Shown in pieces: positions 48,303-59,815 of a stretch of 64,000 nt of DNA. The notes under the pieces are model-generated. The model was given only the letters and a program-made list of their open reading frames with translations. It was not told where the DNA came from and did no database searches. The DNA is taken from contig JAMWBK010000002.1 of the NCBI GenBank assembly GCA_029953675.1, positions 62,001-126,000 on the forward strand. The letters run 5' to 3'. The DNA comes from Rhodosorus marinus CCMP1338 (lineage: Eukaryota; Plantae; Rhodophyta). Positions within the stretch are counted from its first letter, which is position 1. The number at the start of each line of letters is the position of its first letter. The position numbers and the translations under genes are program-made.

Positions 48303-48447
48303 CCCCAGACTAACGTAACTGTAAACTTTACTCGGCAACTGCCTAATGCAGCGCAACACTAATTCTATCAAGATCTAGGGAAAATGTGTGTGTTTAACCC
48401 CGACTCCCGGGGTCTCTAGCTACGATAAAAACCCCAGACTACCGTAA
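48303..48447 (-). repeat. 16-mer unit, 113-nt T4 3'UTR scrap and a variant unit
   Basis: Units at 48303-48318 and 48432-48447 (one mismatch) flank a copy of 51004-51116. Confidence 0.88.
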
Positions 48448-50202
48448 CTGTAAGCTTTATTGGGCAGCCGCCTAATGCGGCGTAACACTGAGTCTATCAC
48501 TAACTAGAGAATTACTTACAATAACCCCGCTACCGGGGTCGCATGCTACGTTCTAAAGAAAAAACAGGGACCACTGGATTGTCCAGCTGGTCCACACGCA
48601 GAGCGCCTAGTGCGACTTCTGCGTTCCCCTGCCAAAGGTGCCTGTTTAGCTGAGCGCGTACGTCGCTCAACTCCTCGCTACGATGTAGGAGGTGCTTGCA
48701 GCCATCCCGTAAAAAATCTTGTGCCAACTTCCCTGTCCGCCCAAACGTCTCAATCGCAATCGGGACGAATTTGTCGCTGGGTTTCTCCACCGCCATTGCT
48801 TCCTTGTAGTGTGCCAATTTATAATTCTCCGCCATCTTCGCTGCGTACCCGCTCTCCCCACTCCCGCGCCTCAAGTACTTATCCTGGAGCGGTGAAGTCA
48901 CCGTCACGTCCAGAGCGTACCTCTGGAACGTCTTCGGGTGGGTCGCGATAATATCTGGTCGTAGCTGGTAGTTCTCGAAATAGGAGGTAGGCTCCTGTTG
49001 TATGTCTAAAAAGTTCCAACGGTTCAGCCATCTCGCCAATTCCGTGCAGATCTCATCGTGTCTCCTCTGCCATAGCCCAGTTGACGTAGGGCAGTGTTGA
49101 AAGCGTTGTACCCCATTGGCACCGTGGGGACGCCGACAACTGCTACACTTCTCCGTCGTCCTTAATCCAGGGATCGGCAATCCCAAGAGTTGACGGACAT
49201 TTACCTGTAATTGGTTTGATGTCAGCTTTTTGGGCTCCAGCAGCGGCAGCTCTCGCAGCCATATCCCCGAACCTGACCCGGCGGCCGATCGAATTCGCGT
49301 CCGGTGTTCACGCGAAATGCGTTCATTGCTGACCAGGCGTTCGAAGGCCGAATGGTGTGCCTCTCGGGAGAGGGTTTGTTGTTGGGAACCATTATTCCAA
49401 CCTTTCGAAGCGTCACTGGGGTCGTCGTTGCCATGGGTTGAACCATGGCTCACCGCGCACAATCTCTTGATCCTCGGATGGGTCTCGGGGCGTAGTCGAC
49501 GCTGTATGGCTCGACTTGAGGCCCTTATCTGCTCTCCCAGCTGCTCCGTCGACACTTGAATGCGCCCGAAACCGCTTGTGGATGTGTGGTCAGGTCTCCG
49601 TACCTGTCTCTCGAGCTCGGTGATGTGAGGCCATTCGTCTTCGTTACTGCGGAAGGTCTGGACCCAGGCTGAGAAGAACGCGATCGGCTGAATGCGCGTT
49701 CGGGTTGCAAACCCCAGTCCACCCCATCGGCAGGGTAGCGCGATCTGGTCGTCAACGGGATGACTGGACTCCTCTTCCGCTAGGGCCGTTGTAGACAGTC
49801 CTCCGTACAGGACTTCCAGGTGATACCTACTCAGAGCGTCAGCTTCCCGCGCCAAGGCTCGTCCGAACGGGTATGCCAGGCATCTGAGAAGGTAGTCAAG
49901 CCTGGTTTCCGCGCAATACCTGAAAAGAGCAAGCTGCGTTGGCAGTTCCTCGCTTGGAAGCTTCGAGATTTCTTGGAACAGTGTCTCGTGTTTGAGCTGC
50001 ATTGCTCGGCACTCCTGTTCTATGTACTGACGAGTTCTAAGCGGGATGGAGTGTATCGTCACTCCTTCTCTGCTCACGTGTACTCCTGGCAGCTCTCGGT
50101 TAACAAGGCGGGTAGTTGTTAGAGATCGTCCATAAAGCGTGCATTTGCCCAATTGTAGGCGGGCCCCTAGAGACGGGAGAAAGGTTTGTCCCCAGCTCAG
50201 TG
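48448..50202 (-). mobile_element. Family T1, 5'-truncated copy (RT thumb to 3' end)
   Basis: Intact 540-aa frame 48530-50152; overlaps about 680 bp with 27869-28550 at near identity. Confidence 0.93.
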
Positions 50203-50218
50203 CCCCAGACTAACGTAA

Positions 50219-50950
50219 CCCTAGGCGCTCGATATCCCAAGCATGATGGGCCTTGCTTCTGGTGGAGTCCCGAGGTCGAGCATTGAGTAGCACAAATGCA
50301 TCAACGTCCTTCTGGCTCTGGTACTGCAGCCCATGAATGCTCGCGAAAAACGAGCGATTGGCAGCTGCTGGGGTCTGGTTGGCGCGGACACGTGTCGTCC
50401 AGCTCATTGGTTGAGGTTGAGCTCGAGTCCTTGTCCGTGCTTGCTCATTGGCCGTTACGAGATCTGGGAATGCATTGGAATCGAGATCACGTGTCTCGGG
50501 AGATCGCGGGCGGGCTGCTGCAGTGGCGTAGTTTGCTGGTTCGTAGACAGGGAGGGGGCGTTGTGCCCTCGGGGCAGCTTGTTGTGGCGTCGTAGTCAGA
50601 TTGTGAAGGAGTTGAGCCTCGGTGCCATTGGCGTGTGCCTGGGCTAAGAGACCCATAAACCGCAGCATAAGCCCATTGTAGAGCGGGGTCTTATGCTTGG
50701 GCGCGTCGAGATGCAGCTTCAGCGCTCCGCAGCTCAGGTCAATTGCCAAGGGAGTAGGTACGTCGTTGTCAAGTGCAGATGCAGTTGTAGGCTCAGAAAC
50801 AGGTACTGGCAGAGGCTCGGGTGCGTCTGCCCTCAGGCAAACGGCCGGGAGGTCTTCCATCGTTGCGTCTGTGCAAAAGCCCCCCCCATCCGGAGGCACG
50901 GGCTCGAGAGTAGTCATATCACTCGATAAGCGTTCGTAGAAAGAATGAAA
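50219..50950 (-). mobile_element. 5' end and N-terminal ORF1 of another family, truncated and flanked on both sides by the 16-mer
   Basis: ATG 50917 lies 33 nt after a unit. IDLSCGALKLHL..LLAQAH..QLLHNL resembles B/C ORF1 N-termini. Flanking units at 50203-50218 and 50951-50966. Confidence 0.65.
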
Positions 50951-51003
50951 CCCCAGACTAACGTAACCCCGTAGCCTTTATTGGGCACCCCAGACTAACG
51001 TAA
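50951..51003 (-). repeat. Two perfect units separated by a 21-nt T5 3'-terminal scrap
   Basis: Minus strand: TTACGTTAGTCTGGGG TGCCCAATAAAGGCTACGGGG TTACGTTAGTCTGGGG. Confidence 0.92.
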
Positions 51004-52371
51004 CTGTAAACTTTACTCGGCAACTGCCTAATGCAGCGCAACACTAATTCTATCAAGATCTAGGGAAAATGTGTGTGTTTAACCCCGACTTCCGGGGTCT
51101 CTAGCTACGATAAAAAAGAAAAATAAGGGATCAGTGGCTGGTCCGACTGATCCACGCGCAAAGCCCCTAACGCGAGCTCCGCGTTCCCTGCCCAGAGTGT
51201 TCTGTTTAGTTGAGCCCGCACGTTGCTCAACTCGTACTGCTTAGTTAGGCATGTGCCCACAGCCCTCACGGAGAAAGTCTTGGGTCATCTGCCCTGTAAT
51301 GATGAACGCCGTGTAGCCGACCTGGTGATCACCTGTGACGACAGCCGCCGTACCACATACGTTGATCTTGCTGTTCCTAACCCTCAAGCTAGTCGTTATC
51401 TCCCGGCTGCGGGGGAGCGCCGTGGATCTGCCGCCGCCAGCATGAGACGCCGCAAAGAGATCAAATACGCGGGGGCTTTGTCTTCCCCTGGTGTTCGTGC
51501 TTCGGCACTAGCACATCGCTTGGTACCCCTGATCATTGAGTGCTTTGGGTTCATGGACTCTGTTGGTTCTCGCTGGCTTCGGGAGTTGTTCCGCGAACGC
51601 CCTGACCGTCTTCAATCGTTGTTTACCCGCTTAAGTTTCCTGCTGTGGCGCATGAATGCCGCTTTGATGTTGGAGGCGCGAGTACTGCGCCGCGCTTAGT
51701 CTTTTTTTCCCCTCGGGGTTTTTTTTTTTTCAGCCTCCGATTAAACCATTCGTTCGTTCTGCCGAAGGTTTCTATCGCAATCGGAATCAGTTTGTCATCT
51801 GGATGCTCTGTCGCCATCGCCTCCTTGTAGTGTGCAAGTTTCCAACGCTCCGCCTGTTTTGCTGCATAACCATTGTTGTCTTTGCTGTTGGCTAGGTGTC
51901 TCGCCTGTAGGGGTGACACCACCGTCACATCGATCGCAAATCGTTGCCAGGTTCGAGGGTGTATAGCTACCAAGTCAGGTCGTAGATTCGAGTTCGTGAA
52001 GTAGTCTGTAGGTTCTTGCTGAACATCTCTGAACTGCCATCTGTTAAGCCAGCGCGCCAGCTCAGTGCAGAGCTCATCATGTCGCCGTTGCCAGAGCCCA
52101 GTCGAGGTCTGACAATGATGGAATCTTTGTACACCGTTCGTACGGTGTGTACTATTACACGTAGTACACCTCTCCGTCGTTCGCAGTCCCGGAATCGGGA
52201 GACCCAGCAATTGTCGGATATTCAGGTGCATGCCTCTCCCGCTCAATTTTCGGGGTCCGAATTGTGGCAAATCTCTTAGCCAGACACCTGAACCTGCTCC
52301 TGCAGCGGAACGGATTCGGGCACGATGTTCCGGGTCGAGTAAGGGATCCGTGACCAGTCGGGTGAAAGCAA
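51004..52371 (-). mobile_element. Family T4, 5'-truncated, interrupted by an inverted B fragment
   Basis: ..IPIAIETFGRT stops at 51758 and resumes as TGQMTQDFLR at 51297. A unit at 52372-52387 precedes it. Confidence 0.85.
51298..51757 (+). mobile_element. Family B 3' fragment nested in T4
   Basis: Matches 10670-11126; a 2-nt GT overlap is present at the flanks. Confidence 0.92.
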
Positions 52372-52387
52372 CCCCAGACTAACGTAA

Positions 52388-53913
52388 CCGTAAGCTTTAC
52401 TGGGCAGCTGCCTACTGCAGCGCAACACTACGTCTAATCCTATCTAGGGAGAAACTTACTGGAACCCCGCTACCGGGGTCTCATGCTACGTTCAAAAGAA
52501 AAAACAGGTACCAGCGGGTTCTCCAGCTGGTCCACGCGCAAAGCGCCTAATGCTATCTCTGCGTTACCTCGCCATAGTTGCCGGTTTATCTGGGATCTCA
52601 CGTCTCTCAGCTCCTCACTCCTGTGCAGTAGGTGTTTGCAGCTGTCGCAGAGGAAATCTTGTGCCATTTGCCCCGTACGCCCAAACGTCTCTATCGCTAT
52701 CGGGATGAACTTGTCATCCGGTTTCTCGATCACCATCGCTTCTTTGTAGTGAGCGATTTTCCACTTCTCCGCAGCTCTCGCCGCGTATCCGCTATCATCT
52801 TGGCTCCGCCGCAAATATTTTCCCTGTAATGGTGACACCACCGTCACATCCGAACGAATGGTCACATCCAGCGCATACCTTTGTTTGGTCCTCGGATGCC
52901 TAGCAACGATATCAGGTCGCAGTCCGTAGTTCTCGAAGTACCCCTCAGTTTCTTGCTCTACGTCCATGAAGTTCCATCGCCTTAGCCACCGTGCCAGCTC
53001 TCTGCAGATTTCGTCATGCCTACGTTGCCACAGTCCAGTTGATGTTGGGCAGTGATGAAACCGTTGTACCCCAGTCCTTCCGTGTTTACTCCGGCAACTA
53101 GTGCACTTCTCGGTGGTCCGCAATCCCGGAATTGGCAGACCCAGCAGTTGTCGAACGTTTACCTGCATCTCAACCGCACTCAATTTTTTCGGTGTCAGCG
53201 TTGGTATTTCACGTAGCCAGACTCCCGACCCGGATCCCGCGGCAGACCGTATTCGAGCTCGGTTTTCAGGGGAGATTCGTGGGTTGGTGACCAGCTTTTG
53301 GAATGCACAATGGTGTGCCTCTCGAGAGAGGGTTTGTTGTATTGAACCATTATTCCAAGCTGCAGTCTCGCCCGGGGCGCTTCGAAGAGATGTTTCTCGC
53401 GGTTGTTGCAGGGTAGTCAGTGCCAAGATCCGCGGCGGGGTTTCTGGTCCGAGCCTCCGTTGTATTGCTCGCGACGATGCACAGATCTGGTCCGCCAGCT
53501 GTGCAGTCGACCATCGTTGATCCATCGGCTCGTATGTGTCTGGTCAGCGTTCTGCCGAAACCTCCCGCTCTAGTTCAGTCAATTATGGCCATTCATCTTC
53601 ATTGTTCCGGAAGGTGTTTCTCCATGACGAGTAAAACGCGATGGGTTGGACGCGCTTTCGAGTAGCGAAACCCAAACCTCCCCAGCGGCAGGGCAGAGCG
53701 ATTTGGTCCGAGATCAGCTCTGCGTACTCATCGTCCTCTACAGCTGTCGTAGCGAGGCCTCCGAATAGAATTTCCAGGTGATATCTGGTCATCACGTCGG
53801 CCTCGCGTGCCAGATTTCTTCCAAACTCGTATGCGAGGCATCGTAGCACATAGTCTAGTCGCGTTTCTGCACAGAACCTGAAGAGGGCAATTTGCGTCGT
53901 AAGCTCCGGTCCA
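52388..53913 (-). mobile_element. Family T3, 5'-truncated (one frameshift near 53550)
   Basis: ORFs 53583-53849 and 52470-53525 are homologous to T1. Units on both sides (52372-52387, 53914-53929). Confidence 0.9.
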
Positions 53914-54041
53914 CCCCAGACTAACGTAACCTCATGCCGAGTCTAGAAAAGGTACTTGCAATGACCTAGACCCCAGACTAAGAGTATAAAATAAGCTGCG
54001 CTAGAGTGGAAATATGAGAAGGCGAAAGGTAGAAGTTAAAC

Positions 54042-54507
54042 ACGAAACGAATGGTTTATAATCGGAGGCTGAAAAAAAAAACCCCGAGGGGAAAAAAAGA
54101 CTAAGCGCGGCGAAGTACTCGCGCCTCCAACATCAAAGCGGCACTCATGCGCCACAGCAGGAAACTTAAGCGGGTAAACAACGATTGAAGACGGTCAGGG
54201 CGTTCGCGGAACAACTCCCGAAGCCAGCGAGAACCGACAGAGTCCATGAACCCAAAGCACTCAATGGTCAGGGGTACCAAGCGATGTGCTAGTGCCGAGC
54301 ACGAACACCAGGGGAAGACAAAGCCCCCGCGTATTTGATCTCTTTGCGGCGTCTCATGCTGGCGGCGGCAGATCCACGGCGCTCCCCCGCAGCCGGGAGA
54401 TAACGACTAGCTTGAGGGTTAGGAACAGCAAGATCAACGTATGTGGTACGGCGGCTGTCGTCACAGGTGATCACCAGGTCGGCTACACGGCGTTCATCAT
54501 TTGAAAG
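54042..54507 (-). mobile_element. Family B 3' fragment
   Basis: NDERRVADLVITCDD.. through the B 3' terminus; not followed by the 16-mer. Confidence 0.9.
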
Positions 54508-54651
54508 GCTCAGCGCACGTGCAGGATCCTCCGTTCCCGGCGAATGCAACCTAAGGCAGAGGGATATAGGAAGAAAAAGGGCCGAGTCCGTTATCGTCGA
54601 AGGTGGAAGAAAAGTGCGTCCACAACGAGAGCAAAATCGTGAGCAGGAGTG

Positions 54652-56427
54652 TCATAAAGTCGGAGGTTCGTCACGTACAAGTGGGCTTGAGCAAGGAAAT
54701 TCGCTAAGGAGGACACACAGGTCCTGTTCGTCAATACACGAGGTCCCCGAATCGCAGCAATCGCATGTTAAACCGTCCGCACCTCTTCCCAGAAAGCCCG
54801 AAAATGCACTCTAGACGAGGTTAGTAGACGCACAGATGCCCGCGAGGTCCAAGTAGAAACGGATGCACTCTTCTGTCAGAATTGTTCTGGAAACGGAGCT
54901 TGAGCTTTTCCTTAGACTTACGCCGCTGCTGTTGCAGGTTCCTCCAGTGGAGAAGCACCCAAAGCTCACGAAAAAGCAGGTGCCCAACGGGCACTGGACC
55001 TCACAGGAGCATGTTCCGTCATCAGCTCTGACGGGATCCTACCATGGAGAACGCAGTTATAAGACGTACAGCCGGGACGAAGTAAGCCAGCTGCAATTGG
55101 TTTACAATCTTCGTTCGCGGCATTTCCAATCAGGGGTTTATCGGAACTTACCTCTGCGGAAGCAGAACACTTGAAGTCCGCAGTTTTAATACAGTCGGTA
55201 GAGCCCTCCAAAACGCATGTATCCGTAGCCGTGCATCCGCAAGCACAGAAACCTTTTTCGTCTGTGAAAGTCTCAGCCGCGTCGTCGCAATTGAAAAGCG
55301 CATAATTGACGCAGGCGTTACTTGTCTCCACAACGCATGTACCCTCAGCCACGCACGCGCAAGCACATGCCCCGTCTTGATTAACCAGCACCTGGCGTTG
55401 TTAGACCCGGGGACGGTCTCGTCTCAGCTTGTTTGCAATGTCCCAGGGAAGGAGAGGCTGATTCAGAAGGTGGACTAGTACTTACCGAAGCGTCCGGGCA
55501 AACAGGATCGTCAAGTGCAACGCAGTCGAAGCCATCCAAGCACGAGTCCCCTCCACAACATGCGCAGAACTCATCACCTTCTGGAAGGTATGGTACCTAT
55601 CACGTCAGAGAGGTTGGTGCAACTTGTCAGCCGTTTGCAACACGTTCACTATCCCTCAGATTGTAAAGCATGGAATAACCCCAAGCGCGTTTTTCTGAAG
55701 GAAACCAGTCCTGATGGACTCAAGGCCTCCGGTTCGTTCTAAACGTTTAGCGCATTAAAGAACGACATACACTTGCAGTGGGGCAGAGAAAGTCGTCAAC
55801 CGCCGAACAAGCACCCCCTAACCCTCGGCACTGATCCCCTGCGCAAGCCTCACACTGAATCTCAACGGTACAGGAGGTCGTGTTGTCTGCCTCTCGTGTC
55901 GTACATAGGTCGTCCGTATCTTCGTTGGCACCGAGAAAAGCACGGATTTCCTCACCATCGGGGATTGAACTGACTATGGCGTACGCGACTGCATTGACAG
56001 TTCCTCCGCAGCACTCAGACATTCCGGCTAATTCCTCCGGACAGATGAGAATCCTGGCTACTGTAACCGGGTCTACTATCCCATTTACTGACTTCCAACT
56101 ATCGATGTCCCGGTAGGACGTAAATCTATCCTGCTTTTCAGGAGGCTCACCAAAGTGCCCCCCTCCTCGCAGCTTATTGAGTTGATATCCTTCATCAGCT
56201 CTGAACTTGAGTCTCATACAGCTCGGGGGGAACTCGGCCACAACATTGTCGTTTAACTTTGTGTCTGCACACACTTCACCATATCGGACCCCATTCCTGT
56301 CACGGAGTGGTCTACAAAACTTTGAATATTCAAACGCTCCGCTTCGTGGATCACTAGAGCAGTCCTGACATTGAACGACAGCAAGGACCGCGGCCAGTAC
56401 GAGTGCTACAAGTGCGCAAGACCCCAT
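54652..56427 (-). CDS. Multi-exon secreted protein: one Cys-rich domain plus ~35-40-aa Cys repeats (3' exon structure uncertain)
   Basis: Signal peptide MGSCALVALVLAAVLAVVQC; the domain is homologous to those in 37083-39842. Later exons EFCACCGGDSC..CPDAS|GTAAG, AG|VLVNQDGACAC.. and GLTCDCCDSGTSC. Confidence 0.6.
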
Positions 56428-56502
56428 CCCTCCTCAACCTCTCTCTCCGTATCCAACTTCTTTCTCCTACAATCCCCCAAATCTACCAAGACTCAGCGCT
56501 CG

Positions 56503-59110
56503 ACTTCACTGAGCAGTAACAAGAGGCGTACTTATTCTCTTGAGTAGAGTTGTGCAATTACGACGAGCATGGGTGGATTTGCCGGTGGGCACGAGGGATG
56601 TTCGATTTTTGCCCACTTTCCATGTTTCAAGGTCCATTTCCCGCCTGTGTGCATTCCTTCACTGTTTGGGCCTTCGCGTTGCCTCGCTTCAGCCAGTGCG
56701 GGGCTGTAGAGATTCCGTAAAACAAATCATTGATAAAGGAGCCTCGAAGGTCAGCCGCGAATCCGATTCTTTCTAACGGTTCGAATCAGCAAAGCTAAAT
56801 GTGCCAGGGAAAAGTGTTAGAGGATCCGTGTTTTTCCTACAGCAACGCTGGATTCCGTACCGACGCGCTTCCTTTCCCCTACTATAGCCTGGGGTAGATT
56901 TTGGGGGATGTATATAGGATTTTAGATGGCTTGAGTCACGGTAAAAAAAAACAGGGGGAATCGCAATACGATTGATCCAGATCCCCGGTCCGCAGAGCTT
57001 ACTCCACTGCCGTCAATTGTACCTCCTGAATCTCCACCCCCCCTTACGCAACCCGTTGGAAGCGCAACGAACAAACAATTGCCGGTTCCAGTAAGTTTCT
57101 CCGTAAATAGGACTAGACGTAGTGTTGCGCTGCAGTAGGATCTGCCGCCGCCAGCATGAGACGCCGCAAAGAGATCAAATACGCGGGGGCTTTGTCCTCC
57201 CCTGGTGTTCGTGCTTCGGCACTAGCACATCGCTTGGTACCCCTGATCATTGAGTGCTTTGGGTTCATGGACTCTGTTGGTTCTCGCTGGCTTCGGGAGT
57301 TGTTCCGCGAACGCCCTGACCGTCTTCAATCGTTGTTTACCCGCTTAAGTTTCCTGCTGTGGCGCATGAATGCCGCTTTGATGTTGGAGGCGCGAGTACT
57401 TCGCCGCGCTTAGTCTTTTTTTCCCCTCGGGGTTTTTTTTTTCAGCCTCCGATTAAACCATTCGTTCGTCGCAGTAGGCAGCTGCCCAGTAAAGCTAACG
57501 GTTACTTGTGACGGTTAGGCCGTGGGCCTGCTAGAGGATCCGTTTTTCCTACAGCAAAGCTGGATTTGCCTACTGCCTACTGCCCAGTAAAGCTAACGGT
57601 TACTTGTGACGGTTAGGCCGTGGGCCTGCTAGAGGATCCGTGTTTTTCCTACAGCAAAGCTGGATTTGCCTACTGCCTACTGCCCAGTAAAGCTAACGGT
57701 TACTTGTGACGGTTAGGCCGTGGGCCTGCTAGAGGATCCGTGTTTTTCCTACAGTAAAGCAGGATTCCATACCGACGCGCTTCCTTTCCCCTACTATAGT
57801 CTGGGGTAAATTTTGGGGGATGTATATAGGATTTCAGATGGCTAGAGTCACGGTTAAAAAAAACAGGGGGAATCGCAATACGATTGATCCAGATCCCCGG
57901 TCCGCAGGCTTACTCCACTGCCGTCAATTGTACCTCATCAATCTCCCCCTACCCAACCCGTTGGAAGCGCAACGAACAAACAATTGCCGGTTCCAGTAAG
58001 TTTCTCCGTAGATAGGACTAGACGTAGTGTTGCGCTGCAGTAGGCAGCTGCCCAGTAACTTCACTGAGCATTAACAAGAGGCGTGCTTATTCTCTTGGGA
58101 GTTGTGCAATTACGACGAGCATGGGTGGATTTGCCGGTGGGTACGAGGGCTGTTCGATTTTTGCCCACTTTCCATGTTTCAAGGTCCATTTCCCGCCTGT
58201 GTGCATTCCTTCACTGTTTGGGCCTTCGCGTTGCCTCGCTTCAGCCAGTGCGGGGCTGTAGAGATTCCGTAAAACAAATCATTGATAAAGGAGCCTCGAA
58301 GGTCAGCCGCGAATCCGATTCTTTCTAACGGTTCGAATCAGCAAAGCTAAATGTGCCAGGGAAAAGTGTTAGAGGATCCGTGTTTTTCCTACAGCAACGC
58401 TGGATTCCGTACCGACGCGCTTCCTTTCCCCTACTATAGCCTGGGGTAGATTTTGGGGGATGTATATAGGATTTTAGATGGCTTGAGTCACGGTTAAAAA
58501 AAACAGGGGGAATCGCAATACGATTGATCCAGATCCCCGGTCCGCAGAGCTTACTCTACTGCCGTCAATTGTACCTCCTGAATCCCCACCCCCCCTACCC
58601 AACCCGTTGGAAGCGCAACGAACAAACAATTGCCGGTTCCAGTAAGTTTCTCCGTAAATAGGACTAGACGTAGTGTTGCGCTGCAGTAGGCAGCTGCCCA
58701 GTAAAGCTAACGGCTACTTGTGACGGTTAGGCCGTGGGCCTGCTAGAGGATCCGTTTTTCCTACAGCAAAGCTGGATTTGCCTACTGCCTACTGCCCAGT
58801 AAAGCTAACGGTTACTTGTGACGGTTAGGCCGTGGGCCTGCTAGAGGATCCGTGTTTTTTCTACAGCAAAGCAGGATTCCATACCGACGCGCTTCCTTTC
58901 CCCTACTATAGTCCGGGGTAAATTTTGGGGGATGTATATAGGATTTCAGATGGCTTTAGTCACGGTTAAAAAAAACAGGGGGAATCGCAATACGATTGAT
59001 CCAGATCCCCGGTCCGCAGAGCTTACTCCACTGCCGTCAATTGTACCTCATCAATCTCCCCCCCCCCTACCCAACCCGTTGGAAGCGCAACGAACAAACA
59101 ATTGCCGGTT
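56503..59110 (+). repeat. Composite higher-order tandem repeat containing T3 3'UTR tails
   Basis: Two large units start at 56503 and 58058. A ~270-bp head (TAGAGGATCCG..CAATTGCC) occurs 4 times, 3 of them joined to the T3 tail, and ~100-bp subunits end GCCCAGTAAAGCTAACGGTTAC. Confidence 0.85.
57140..57470 (+). mobile_element. Family B 3' fragment inserted in a T3 tail with an 8-bp target-site duplication
   Basis: GCAGTAGG at 57132-57139 and 57471-57478; the empty site is visible at 58035 and 58682. Confidence 0.9.
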
Positions 59111-59815
59111 TATGAGTGTCATGCCTCCTCAGCTCATACTCCACTTTATACCGAACCAACCAGTAATTGAAGGCTGCTAGGATCACTATTATGCAATACC
59201 AGTCTCTGAGATCTTTGGAGTTAGGGAAAACGTTCATCCGGTGCAAGCGTGCAAAAACCCTAGTCCTACCCAGCCTTGATCCTTATTGCTCTAGTAGCTG
59301 ACAAACTACGAATCACAATCACATCTAGTGCTTATAAGTCCTCAGTGTTAGTAGTCGACTCTGTTCAACAATGCTACCCCCTCAGTTCCCAATCAGCAAG
59401 CTCGATTAATATCGGGAACATCATAGGTTACCCCGGCCGTGGATTGGCCTATGCTTGTCCTGGGACTGGACTGATAATAGAAACGTCTGGATGCAAACAT
59501 TCACGTACCAGGGGGGCATTCAATAGGATGCAAGAAATTCGCATGTTGTACAAAGGGCATTGTATTGGGCTAAGGACTCGCCTCTATTGCTGCATTTCAA
59601 ACAATACCAAGTACCTTGTCGAGGGGCCACAGCTTACCGTTGGGAGTTGATCAACGCAACATTAGCTCCCATTATAACTGCTGCTCCGTGTGCAGTCATC
59701 TACGATACGGAAAGGTAGTTTCGTGTAATGCGATCCTCGTAAAGTACTCGTTGGAATCTTAGCATTTCTTCCCTTTCAAGTACCGGAGTTCGACTTGTCT
59801 GTCGATCTGGGCTGC

